A DNA stretch of 25,855 nucleotides from positions 1 through 25,855 of IMG/VR virus record IMGVR_UViG_3300044846_000606; one strand, written 5' to 3'. This DNA comes from a virus. Lineage: Duplodnaviria > Caudoviricetes. The notes under the pieces were generated by a model. The model did no database searches. It was not told the DNA's origin and was given only the letters and a program-made list of their open reading frames with translations. Both the position numbers and the translations under genes were made by a program. Numbering within the stretch: the first letter of the stretch is position 1; every line of letters starts with the position of its first letter. Shown here in pieces: positions 1 through 8,054 of the stretch.

Positions 1-232
1 AATCAGCGTGTTTTTTATCTAATATAAATTCGTCCCATGCTCCATATCTAGATGTATATCCAAATATGTATTTGACACCATACTTAAGACGATACCAAAA
101 GGAACGTCTTACTAGATGTACGTGTACGTATGCTTCTGGAGCAAACATATCACCGCCTTCATCCAAATGTACAATCATTTGATGATCTGAGCTATAACAG
201 CTACAGAGTAATAACATATGTTTGTCATTCAT
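1..232 (-). CDS. hypothetical phage protein, runs off the window's left edge
   Basis: Manual translation from ATG at 232: MNDKHMLLLCSCYSSDHQMIVHLDEGG...RRSFWYRLKYGVKYIFGYTSRYGAWDEFILDKKHAD, open to the edge; A-rich leader; absent from the ORF track. Confidence 0.8.
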   Translation of the reverse strand, partial: MNDKHMLLLCSCYSSDHQMIVHLDEGGDMFAPEAYVHVHLVRRSFWYRLKYGVKYIFGYTSRYGAWDEFILDKKHAD

Positions 233-244
233 AACTTTAAATTT

Positions 245-286
245 AAAAAAGATGGTGGAGAAATTTACCAAAAACTCCACCATCTT
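245..286 (-). terminator. intrinsic terminator-like hairpin
   Basis: GATGGTGGAG/CTCCACCATC stem followed by a T-run on the minus strand. Confidence 0.6.
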
Positions 287-310
287 ATCCACCAATTACT
301 TTTATCGGGG

Positions 311-575
311 CACCATTGGAAAGATTTACCGTCTGTTTATAAGTGCGTTCTACTACTCGGATTATATAAGTAGCTTCCAAACTTAGAAATTTCATTGATT
401 ACTCCTAGATATCCGGTTTTGTAATGGCTCTCTACGGTGCAATACCAAGAGGACATATCACGTGGCCGGTTTTATTGCCACTGACTTCAATCTAGTAATA
501 ACATTAAAACTAATCTATCATCTTACGACACCATCCAAGTCATGCTCTGGTTGTTCTGTGTGGATTAGTCCTAAA
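311..575 (-). ncRNA. putative structured RNA, three consecutive multi-stem domains
   Basis: No ORF; stems 563-573/505-515 (11 bp with G-U pairs on minus), CTAGAT/ATCTAG, GTGGC/GCCAC, TTGGAA/TTCCAA (375-380/316-321), GCTACTT/GAGTAGT. Confidence 0.4.
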
Positions 576-579
576 TATT

Positions 580-1314
580 TTAATGAAAGTATACTTTTTT
601 AGTTTCTTTCCAATTATAAATACTCTGTAATGTATCCAAATAGTCTTCAGTTTTACTAAAGTCATGGATTTCTTTACAACGTTTAGGAAGCTTTCTAAAT
701 AATCTTTCTTCACTAAAATCTTTGTGGTTCATCATTACAATAATAGATGATACAAAACCTTTACGGTTGTAGTTTTTATAATAAACTGACATCTTTCTTA
801 AAGTTTCAGCAACGTCTCTTGCTTTAGAAAAGCTTTTAACTTTAAACTTACCTGCTTTAAACATTTGATCAGCATTACCACCTGATGCTCTTAAGTTACC
901 TAACATAAGAATAGCGGTGCTATGTGGAAACTCTGTATATGTAGTACAAAAGTTTCTATACAATCTATAATCTACTAGATTCTCATCTGTTGCAAAACTA
1001 TGTGCATAGTCAGCAAAAGTCCATTTACTAGCTGTAGCTTGAAGCTGAGCTATTTCTGATGTGGACATATTTTCATCATCTACAATAAATACTACAGGCA
1101 TTTTTAGTTGCACACATGCTTTAAGACGATGTTGACCATCTAATACCTGCATCTTTGAGTCTACTTTGATTGGGATTTTTTGACCCATTATTTCAAAGCT
1201 TTTAACCAACTTCTGTACGTTTGATTGGTTAATAGGTCTATTGTCAGTTCTAATTTTAAACTGAGAATAGTTAGTTGTTTGGAAGATGTTTCCAATCTTT
1301 TTTGAATCTTTCAT
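580..1314 (-). CDS. ParB/Srx-like N-terminal domain protein (DGQHR motif)
   Basis: NRPIN..V.KL..S...GQ.IPIKVD....VLDGQHRLKAC..L.MPV matches the ParB-like domain signature. Confidence 0.85.
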   Translation of the reverse strand: MKDSKKIGNIFQTTNYSQFKIRTDNRPINQSNVQKLVKSFEIMGQKIPIKVDSKMQVLDGQHRLKACVQLKMPVVFIVDDENMSTSEIAQLQATASKWTFADYAHSFATDENLVDYRLYRNFCTTYTEFPHSTAILMLGNLRASGGNADQMFKAGKFKVKSFSKARDVAETLRKMSVYYKNYNRKGFVSSIIVMMNHKDFSEERLFRKLPKRCKEIHDFSKTEDYLDTLQSIYNWKETKKVYFH

Positions 1315-1342
1315 TTATTTTATTTTAGTTAATACTGTTTTA

Positions 1343-1579
1343 AAAGCTTATCTCAGGGACTACTTTTGAATCATTACGAAGTGCTACTAGGTATGACCAC
1401 TGTTGGTTTGACAGAAATTTATTTTACTAATATGTCTTACTACTAAGTGACGGAACTCTTTGCGGACGAGACAGAATCTACTTATAGGCACCTGAGATCA
1501 AGCTTTAAACATAACTATTACAACAGATCAATGCTGGCCAGAGGCCATTGGTCTTATATGATGTTATTGTAATCAGTTA
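1343..1579. ncRNA. putative structured leader or ncRNA elements
   Basis: Long-range stem AAAGCTT-A-TCTCAGG (1343-1357) with CCTGAGA-TC-AAGCTTT (1491-1506); second element TAACT-ATTACAA (1512-1523) with TTGTAAT-C-AGTTA (1567-1579) enclosing GATCAATG/CATTGGTC. Confidence 0.45.
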
Positions 1580-1668
1580 ATATCATGGCTTGGGGCTCAA
1601 GAATTATACTTATGAGTAGCGTACGTATACCTGCCCATCCGAACTTGGCCCTCGTTGCCTAAGTATTT

Positions 1669-1956
1669 TTATTTTAATATAATAGTCTTCCATGTTCTAC
1701 CTTTTCCCATAAACTCACGTTCTATGACGCCTTTAGTCTTAAGGGAATTTATACACCTCTTAATAGTGGATTCTGTAGTTTCTAGTTCTGCAGTCATCCT
1801 ACTCATACTAAGAGTTAACTCATTAGTTGAGCTATTAGCGTATGTACATAGGTAAGAATAAAAACCTTTATCTCTTATGGAGATAGTAGGATCTCTCATC
1901 ACTGCGTTAGAAACTTGTCCGAAGCCACCTTTTAATCTATAGTTGCTTACTGCCAT
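1669..1956 (-). CDS. helix-turn-helix DNA-binding protein (HTH_36 / replication initiator N-terminus-like)
   Basis: F.QVSNAVMRDPTIS..DKGFYSYLCTYA...SMSRMTAELETTESTIKRCINSLKTKGVI.RE is a winged-HTH pattern. Confidence 0.8.
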   Translation of the reverse strand: MAVSNYRLKGGFGQVSNAVMRDPTISIRDKGFYSYLCTYANSSTNELTLSMSRMTAELETTESTIKRCINSLKTKGVIEREFMGKGRTWKTIILK

Positions 1957-1977
1957 AGTGATTTGATTATTAATAAT

Positions 1978-2012
1978 AAAAAAGAGGAGTGTGCTATTTA
2001 CACACCCCTCTT
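1978..2012 (-). terminator. intrinsic terminator-like hairpin
   Basis: AAGAGG.GTGTG/CACAC.CCTCTT stem with a T6 run on the minus strand, just after the stop of 2025..2642. Confidence 0.65.
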
Positions 2013-2024
2013 AGTTTACCAACC

Positions 2025-2642
2025 CTACTTATCGTCATCCTTAGAAAATAATCCTGATAAAAGATCATTGATATCAAAGTCTGAGTCTTTAGTACGAAAA
2101 CTTTCATCATTTTGGTTTTTTACTAAAAGTAAATACTTATCAAAGTTGTACCCACTCTTTTTTACAAGCTTAATACGATTCATGATAGATTCTTTACTAT
2201 AAACTTCAACTCCAGTATCCTCATCATTAGAGTCTTCTCCAGCCTCTTGACGATCTTTCAATTCTTTTAACTTTAGTATACCTTTAAGAATCTGCATTTT
2301 TATTTGCTGTTCACGAGATTCTGCTGAGTCTTCATTAGTATTTTTATACATAATATAGACTTCTTTAGCCATACGCTGAAACATCATGAAAGTTAACAAA
2401 CTGTATTCATATTCTAAAGGATTAGTAATCATAGAAATTAATCTTTCTAGATCTCCAGTGACGGTACGAAATGCTTTAGGTGCATCCTCCATATCATCAA
2501 ACAGTTCTTCTGCTTGTAAAGAGTTACTAAAAGTTGAAAAGAATATACGTTCTCTACATATAGTTTTAGTTTCTTCACTAATACCCATAGCTAGATGGAA
2601 ATCATCCATCTCATGGTCAAATTTTGTATCTTTTAATGACAT
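2025..2642 (-). CDS. hypothetical protein (acidic, helical)
   Basis: 205-aa ORF in operon orientation, 4 nt from the upstream gene. Confidence 0.8.
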   Translation of the reverse strand: MSLKDTKFDHEMDDFHLAMGISEETKTICRERIFFSTFSNSLQAEELFDDMEDAPKAFRTVTGDLERLISMITNPLEYEYSLLTFMMFQRMAKEVYIMYKNTNEDSAESREQQIKMQILKGILKLKELKDRQEAGEDSNDEDTGVEVYSKESIMNRIKLVKKSGYNFDKYLLLVKNQNDESFRTKDSDFDINDLLSGLFSKDDDK

Positions 2643-2646
2643 AGCG

Positions 2647-3045
2647 TTATTTAATTATTTTATCAGCAATATAGGTTACAAACTCTTCAGGTGTTTTGTT
2701 ATCATCAGACATATAGTCTTCAATTAAGATCATGTCTTTGATACTATCTACCGAAAATAAAGCATGGTAGTTAACAGATATATGAGGCTTTGAATGATAT
2801 GCAGATATACCTACATCAGATATCTTAGTAGAGTACTTTTCTTCTATCTCTTTTCTAGTAGCTAGTTTTTTTTCTTCAAGCTCATCAATCTTAGCAATAG
2901 TTGACAATAACTCTTTATATAATTTAGAAGATTCTACCTTTTTTACAAGGATTTCAGAACTTCCTTTGTGACGAGCTACTAATTCAGCTCTCACTTTTTC
3001 TGCTAATGCTTTAGCAATAATTGGTGTCAGTTTTTTCTGTGACAT
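2647..3045 (-). CDS. hypothetical protein with coiled coil
   Basis: 132-aa ORF, A-rich leader, co-oriented with neighbours. Confidence 0.8.
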   Translation of the reverse strand: MSQKKLTPIIAKALAEKVRAELVARHKGSSEILVKKVESSKLYKELLSTIAKIDELEEKKLATRKEIEEKYSTKISDVGISAYHSKPHISVNYHALFSVDSIKDMILIEDYMSDDNKTPEEFVTYIADKIIK

Positions 3046-3092
3046 AGTTGGGTTTTATTTAATAAATAATTGGTTGAAAAATGTTAGTATTA

Positions 3093-3302
3093 TTAAGTGT
3101 GTAAACATACATACTTAACCTTTTCACCCATCAATACACGTACATTATCAGATTTTCTGTCTGCTAACACCGATACATTGAATTGGGTACACCAGTTTTG
3201 ATATTCTGGCGTTACTATCATTGGCTCTCTACGAGAGGTATAAGTTAAGCCCACTGTAACAGCAGGCTTAACGTTAAATAGTTGGTTTAATAACTGTTTC
3301 AT
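3093..3302 (-). CDS. hypothetical protein
   Basis: Track ORF 3093..3332; the start at 3302 (MKQLL) avoids overlap with the upstream gene. Confidence 0.65.
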   Translation of the reverse strand: MKQLLNQLFNVKPAVTVGLTYTSRREPMIVTPEYQNWCTQFNVSVLADRKSDNVRVLMGEKVKYVCLHT

Positions 3303-3312
3303 ATAATATGAG

Positions 3313-3534
3313 TTAGTTGTCCATAAATTCAAAGATGTAAGTGTTACTTAATGTATCATACACTACCATCATCTCTGTTGGTTTAGTTCTATCGTGTGAT
3401 ATAGTCTTAGAGTTAAACTCTTCAGGCATATCATACTTCTTTTGAGAATTACTTAATATATTGTAAAATATCACTGATACAGATAGTAATACAATCATAA
3501 TAAGTGTTACAGAAACCTTATCTATTGTTTTCAT
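3313..3534 (-). CDS. small membrane-anchored protein
   Basis: N-terminal hydrophobic helix VSVTLIMIVLLSVSVIFYNIL. Confidence 0.75.
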   Translation of the reverse strand: MKTIDKVSVTLIMIVLLSVSVIFYNILSNSQKKYDMPEEFNSKTISHDRTKPTEMMVVYDTLSNTYIFEFMDN

Positions 3535-3543
3535 ATAATGTTT

Positions 3544-4074
3544 TTAGAATGATTCAATCATAGGTAATAAGGTTAATGCCTGCTCATATGAGTCAGCCCA
3601 AATCTTGTAGTCTTTAATGATCCACATAGATTTACCAGTCTGTGTATTAATCTCATCTGGTGGAGGTGCCATTTTATTATCAGACATTGTAAACCCTGCA
3701 CTGTCATACTCAGGTTCTTCATCTAATGAATATACACTAGGAGTTAAACCCCACTCTGATTCAGGATTAAGAACACAAACTTGTACGTCTACATAACCAC
3801 TCTTTACCCAATTGTTAGTTGGCGTAACTATATTATGTTTAGCTAAAAAGTTTGTAATGCCCTCATTCTCAGAATAGTCTTTGATTAAAACTTCATTGTC
3901 TTGTAATAGTACATTAGGAATGTTTACACTTGCAGTCATGTAAGGTGTAGGTCCATATGCAGGATCCATTTCTAATAATTCAATAGCCGAACGTCCGTTA
4001 TTATACTGACGTATATTCACTGTTACTGGAATATCTTCACAAGTAAAGGGACTAGTTAACGTAAATTGTTTCAT
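3544..4074 (-). CDS. DUF4313-like hypothetical phage protein with C-terminal extension
   Basis: Y.NNGR.AIEL...PY.TASVNIP...L..NEVLIKDYSENEG resembles DUF4313 (recognised by eye). Confidence 0.6.
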   Translation of the reverse strand: MKQFTLTSPFTCEDIPVTVNIRQYNNGRSAIELLEMDPAYGPTPYMTASVNIPNVLLQDNEVLIKDYSENEGITNFLAKHNIVTPTNNWVKSGYVDVQVCVLNPESEWGLTPSVYSLDEEPEYDSAGFTMSDNKMAPPPDEINTQTGKSMWIIKDYKIWADSYEQALTLLPMIESF

Positions 4075-4083
4075 GTTAAATGA

Positions 4084-4455
4084 TTAAAGGATTTGAATAA
4101 ATATATTTTGTGGATAGGTGTTATTAAACAGATACAATACAACAGGACATAACCATAAATTATGATCGTTGTCTTTAACTGTATACCATGCACCTGAATC
4201 TAGTTCTGCTTCGTCTAAAAGTTCAGGTGTATAACCATGATTTGAAGATCTAATAAGCTCTACATCATGATCTACAAACTCCTCGTCTGTAAATTTTAGG
4301 GTGATTGATGTCTCACCTTGGGCTAATGTAGATAAAAAAGTATCTGCACCTGCTACCATTTCAAGATTGGACTTAGTGCCCACTCCTGATTCAATGTATT
4401 CTGGTAAATCTATATACCAGCGTCCATCTTCTTCTTGATAAAAGTTCTTTACCAT
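4084..4455 (-). CDS. DUF6717-like protein
   Basis: FY.EEDGRWYIDLPEY...LEMVAGADTFL...G.WY...WLCPV..Y.F...YP..I pattern. Confidence 0.65.
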   Translation of the reverse strand: MVKNFYQEEDGRWYIDLPEYIESGVGTKSNLEMVAGADTFLSTLAQGETSITLKFTDEEFVDHDVELIRSSNHGYTPELLDEAELDSGAWYTVKDNDHNLWLCPVVLYLFNNTYPQNIFIQIL

Positions 4456-4474
4456 ATAGTTTATTTAAATGTAA

Positions 4475-4509
4475 TAAAAGTAGAGCTCCCACGTAGAAAC
4501 GCAGGAGCT
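4475..4509 (-). terminator. hairpin / possible terminator
   Basis: AGCTCC/GGAGCT stem with inner pairing, followed by CTACTTTTATT on minus. Confidence 0.45.
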
Positions 4510-4553
4510 GATTTTAATTTAACCAGTGGAATACCACCATTTTACCATTGAAT

Positions 4554-4718
4554 CTAAAACGTTTGTGGTCCTTTCTTAGCTTTACGGAAGTTAAATTCCA
4601 CTATAAAGCATAGAAATGCTACATACAAATCTGGTTTGTCATAGCTAATACCAAATAATACTGTGTTAGGGATGAATTTTAGGGTAATTATCTTACCTCT
4701 AATTAGGGTTTTTTCCAT
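4554..4718 (-). CDS. small hypothetical protein (54 aa)
   Basis: Manual translation MEKTLIRGKIITLKFIPNTVLFGISYDKPDLYVAFLCFIVEFNFRKAKKGPQTF*; A-rich leader; below the track cutoff. Confidence 0.7.
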   Translation of the reverse strand: MEKTLIRGKIITLKFIPNTVLFGISYDKPDLYVAFLCFIVEFNFRKAKKGPQTF

Positions 4719-4750
4719 GTGGATTGTTATTTGATTAATAATTTTGTTTA

Positions 4751-4867
4751 TTATCTAATCACCAAGTTACATTTGTAGTTCTTTGGTGGACGTTGAGGGC
4801 TGTACGCTCTACAACTAGTTGCTATTACAGCAACAAGGGTAATGATAACTAATAATTGACTTTTCAC
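4751..4867 (-). CDS. tiny putative lipoprotein (38 aa)
   Basis: GTG start, MKSQLLVIITLVAVIATS-CRAYSPQRPPKNYKCNLVIR*: Lys N-region, hydrophobic H-region, lipobox-like IATS-C. Confidence 0.65.
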   Translation of the reverse strand: MKSQLLVIITLVAVIATSCRAYSPQRPPKNYKCNLVIR

Positions 4868-4895
4868 TATATAAGTTTTAAGCGTGAATAAAAAA

Positions 4896-5678
4896 AAATT
4901 GAGGCTGAGTGTTGACCGTCAATTTATCATCGTTTTCACAGGATTACCCCTGCTTATACACACTATAGATTACTCCATAGTAGATGATAGTACCAGTGTT
5001 TAACTTCACTCCTGAAGGATCTCTCTCTAGACTACATAGATATTAATTTCTACCAAGCGGACTGGATGGTCCTTAGCTACATCCCTGCAACTACTTAGAT
5101 ATACTTTTGCCATCTCACAGTTTTCCTTACGGTACTAGCTGTGCTGTCATATTTCATACAGATAAGGTACTTTGACCTAGAGAACTAACAGACTTTTGTT
5201 AAATTAATTAGTTTAATTTTACAATAGCATAATCCAGGACGTGCCATTAGATTGCAGCTCACTCCCTTTTGAGGAATGCGTACTACAACGCCCCAGTGTA
5301 GATTACCAGTCTACGATGTATTAAGATGCTTTAAGCCACACCTTGCTACATTGAGTAACGCAGTTATTCTTTTGGTAAAGAACTCCCACATGCACCCCAC
5401 AGGTGTTCCTATTGTGATTTCTCACTCAACAGTGTATGCTAACACTGTAATTGCTCAGAGATTTCCCCATTGCAATTGTTGCCCGCTTGCTTACTTGGCC
5501 AGCCTAACGCTGTAGATGTACGCTTGTTTACGCACACCTTATATACCTGTCACCAGGTTTATCCTAAAGACCATAAGCGGCCTAATCTCCAAAGGAGAAT
5601 ATCATAAGGTGAACCAGACCCATTACAGGCCCAGTTCACCACTAAAATTGTAAATATGCAGATTTTGTGCCTCAACCT
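4896..5678 (-). ncRNA. large structured ncRNA candidate (~780 nt)
   Basis: No credible ORF; many hairpins, several capped by GNRA tetraloops on minus; G-U pairs favour minus; ends pair (5669-5678 with 4896-4905) and are followed by a T-run. Confidence 0.65.
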
Positions 5679-5728
5679 ACAAAGCCTCTATTCAGTGAAG
5701 TAGAATAGATAAACCCCTATTAATATTG

Positions 5729-6034
5729 TTAAAATGCGTCTGATGTAAATAATTGCATTAGCTCTTCTCTTTCTACCTCAGTCATAGTGTTCATCTTACA
5801 ATAGAATTCATCACCATCTATGTCGCCTTGCCAGCCAACATTCCAGTGTGAAGCATACTTCATATACTTACAACCATCTAATTGAATAGTTGTAATGTTT
5901 GTACTACCTTCATCTTCAAAAGAAATAAACTCTTTGTTCTCTTTAACAAAGTGTTCATGAAACTCTGATATGTCAATCTCTTCTATGTCACGATTAAACA
6001 TATCGTATCTAGCGTATAGCTCTGACTTTCTCAT
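5729..6034 (-). CDS. hypothetical acidic protein
   Basis: 101-aa ORF with a typical leader. Confidence 0.75.
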   Translation of the reverse strand: MRKSELYARYDMFNRDIEEIDISEFHEHFVKENKEFISFEDEGSTNITTIQLDGCKYMKYASHWNVGWQGDIDGDEFYCKMNTMTEVEREELMQLFTSDAF

Positions 6035-6050
6035 AATGATTTAATTTAAT

Positions 6051-6075
6051 GTGGGTGAATAAGGTGGGTGAATAA
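6051..6075. repeat. tandem direct repeat GTGGGTGAATAA x2
   Basis: Copies at 6051-6062 and 6064-6075. Confidence 0.85.
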
Positions 6076-6168
6076 AAGTTTATGACAGCTCACCAGTGAG
6101 CTCTCCTTAACATAGTAGATAAAGAGCTATTCTCTATCTACTATATTAAAGGGTTCAAATATGAGCTG

Positions 6169-6387
6169 TTAAAACACTTTGTCAAAATAATCCTGCTTGG
6201 ATATGTAATACTCACGAGCTGGGAAGATGGCTAACCACCAACCTAAGAACATAGCATAAACCATAAACCAATTGTGGTTTGTTATAATCTCACTGTAAGG
6301 AGTAAAGAACACACCTATAAGAGATAGTAACAAGAAGAACAGTACGAATGAAACCAAGTAGGTTCCAATTAAGATGATAGACTTCAT
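6169..6387 (-). CDS. small membrane protein with two transmembrane helices
   Basis: Hydrophobic segments IILIGTYLVSFVLFFLLLSLIGVFF and WFMVYAMFLGWWLAIFPA. Confidence 0.8.
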   Translation of the reverse strand: MKSIILIGTYLVSFVLFFLLLSLIGVFFTPYSEIITNHNWFMVYAMFLGWWLAIFPAREYYISKQDYFDKVF

Positions 6388-6577
6388 GTGAATAGAAGTT
6401 TAAAGGGTGAATAAACAAGTTATAGCTATCTTATCCGTCTGACTAGGTCAGTTATTAGGCTCTAAGAGTTAGATGAAAGAAAGCTGGATAGTGGTTCTAC
6501 CACTCTTACACTCACACATAAGTGAATGTAAATCAACGTTTTATTTGACACGGGTAACGTAGAACCGTGGACGTGAG

Positions 6578-6670
6578 TTACGCTTGGCGTATATCAGCAG
6601 CCACTGTTGCAGCTTCTATCATAGAAGATACAATAGTGATTGTTCCGTCTAGAAGAACGAGTGCAATCAT
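6578..6670 (-). CDS. small hypothetical peptide (30 aa)
   Basis: MIALVLLDGTITIVSSMIEAATVAADIRQA* with an A/C-rich leader; the longer track ORF would have to cross a terminator. Confidence 0.45.
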   Translation of the reverse strand: MIALVLLDGTITIVSSMIEAATVAADIRQA

Positions 6671-6756
6671 GTTGTTAGTGTGTGGGTTTGTTAATATGTT
6701 AATAGATATAATAAACTGATATGCGTACTGACTGAACTGATAAACTAAAAAGAAGT

Positions 6757-6792
6757 AAAAAAAGGCATACGAGGTTTTTCCCCGTATGCCTT
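6757..6792 (-). terminator. intrinsic terminator
   Basis: AAGGCATACG/CGTATGCCTT stem with a T7 run on minus, directly after the stop of 6798..7085. Confidence 0.8.
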
Positions 6793-6797
6793 GCACG

Positions 6798-7085
6798 TTA
6801 TTTAACGTGTAGCCATTTCAGCATAAGCTTCACAACTTCGCCCGAAGTAGTGTCGACTGTATCATATGGACGCTCTTCTATACGGAAGTTGTCCAATTCA
6901 AGTTCATCGACTGTACCCACCTTAGTAGGTTTGCTCAAAGCTATGAAGTATGTGAGTTGACCACTTACCTTAGTTTGACCGAGCACGCTCACTTCCTTAC
7001 CTTCTGTTTTCAGAGTGTGAATGTAGTTACCATTCTTAGAAGCTTGTGTAGAACATTTGCTGACTGTTACTTTAATCTTTCCCAT
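6798..7085 (-). CDS. hypothetical beta-rich protein, first gene of the leftward cluster
   Basis: 95-aa ORF with a strong A-rich leader and its own terminator. Confidence 0.8.
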   Translation of the reverse strand: MGKIKVTVSKCSTQASKNGNYIHTLKTEGKEVSVLGQTKVSGQLTYFIALSKPTKVGTVDELELDNFRIEERPYDTVDTTSGEVVKLMLKWLHVK

Positions 7086-7301
7086 TTTTAATGTTTTTTA
7101 GAGTTTAATAAAAAAAAAGAACTGCTGTTGCAAAGTACCGGGGTACCCGCAACGCCACGACTGAGTCGGGGTCAACAAACTAATACCCCTCTAGATTCTC
7201 TAACATCCTAAATTCCTATAGGAAAGCCTAGGGGGTTGCTATTAGGTTATTAACAAGTGGGGGATAACTTGTTATTGTATTGGTATATAAAAAATATTAA
7301 A

Positions 7302-7333
7302 TTTGCTAAGTTTAAACTTATTAGGTATATTAT
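7302..7333 (+). promoter_or_regulatory. putative promoter TTTG-N20-TATATTAT
   Basis: Spacing matches the Bacteroidota -33 (TTTG) / -7 (TAnnTTTG) architecture; GTATATTAT recurs at 17373 and 24146, upstream of genes. Confidence 0.55.
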
Positions 7334-7358
7334 AGTGTAGACCAAACTAAAAAATCAA

Positions 7359-7655
7359 ATGATACACACGTGCAACATTCACTGCCACACGCTAGAAGTA
7401 GAGAAGGCAGAATTGATGGGACTAGAGGATAAAGGGAGATGGATGCCATTTGCATTCCATATAGATATTGTGATAGCTTGTAAACTCACCTCTGATGAGG
7501 AAGATTCTTTGGTTAATGGCTGCACCACAATTTTTACAGAGCCAGGTGATACGTATATCATAGATACGCCATATGAGCAATTTATGCCAATATTTAAAAC
7601 CTATTATGATGACGAACTAGATGCTACCCAAGCAAATGGTGATATAGAATTATAA
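7359..7655 (+). CDS. hypothetical protein
   Basis: 98-aa ORF, first gene of the rightward operon. Confidence 0.8.
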   Translation: MIHTCNIHCHTLEVEKAELMGLEDKGRWMPFAFHIDIVIACKLTSDEEDSLVNGCTTIFTEPGDTYIIDTPYEQFMPIFKTYYDDELDATQANGDIEL

Positions 7656-7675
7656 ACAATTAAACAAACCAAATT

Positions 7676-8053
7676 ATGTCAGAAGAAACACAAAAAGTGA
7701 ACGAAGAACAAAAAGCTCCTACTAAAGATCAAGTGATGGAGTTCTTAAAAGAGCAGATTGATGTAAAGAAGCTACAACTTGAGCTTCAGCAGCTTAACAC
7801 TGGACTTGCTACAAACAGAGCAGAAGAGTTAAAAGCATTAAGCTTTATTGCTCAATTGACTAACCCAAGACAAGAGGGAGGATCTCCATACCAAGGTGCA
7901 CCAGACGGTACGCCTCATAAGATTACACAAGAAGATCTTGATAATAATCCAGAGCTTGTAGAAGCAGGTGTAGAGGTGGGGGATGATGTTATTATTCCTA
8001 ACCAAGAAGGTCCACAAGAAGAAGCACCAAGTAAAAAGTTAAAAAAGAACTAG
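7676..8053 (+). CDS. hypothetical protein, N-terminal coiled coil plus acidic C-terminal motif
   Basis: 125-aa ORF containing HKITQEDLDNNPELVEAGVEVGDDV. Confidence 0.8.
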   Translation: MSEETQKVNEEQKAPTKDQVMEFLKEQIDVKKLQLELQQLNTGLATNRAEELKALSFIAQLTNPRQEGGSPYQGAPDGTPHKITQEDLDNNPELVEAGVEVGDDVIIPNQEGPQEEAPSKKLKKN

Positions 8054-8054
8054 A

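Noticed and set aside
1655-2727. Plus-strand ORFs 1655..1855, 1963..2202 and 2386..2727
   Set aside because: Antisense shadows of better-supported minus-strand genes.
5276-5515. 79-aa plus-strand ORF inside the large gap
   Set aside because: Antisense to all neighbours, no A-rich leader, atypical composition, and overlaps minus-strand RNA stems.
4896-5678. Group I/II intron or RNase P RNA identity for the large RNA
   Set aside because: The flanking genes are intact, and I found no domain V, P7 consensus or GAGGAAAGUCC motif by eye; not excluded without cmscan.
6671-6796. N-terminal extension of ORF 6578..6796
   Set aside because: Reads through a terminator hairpin and T-run; the start at 6670 is more plausible.
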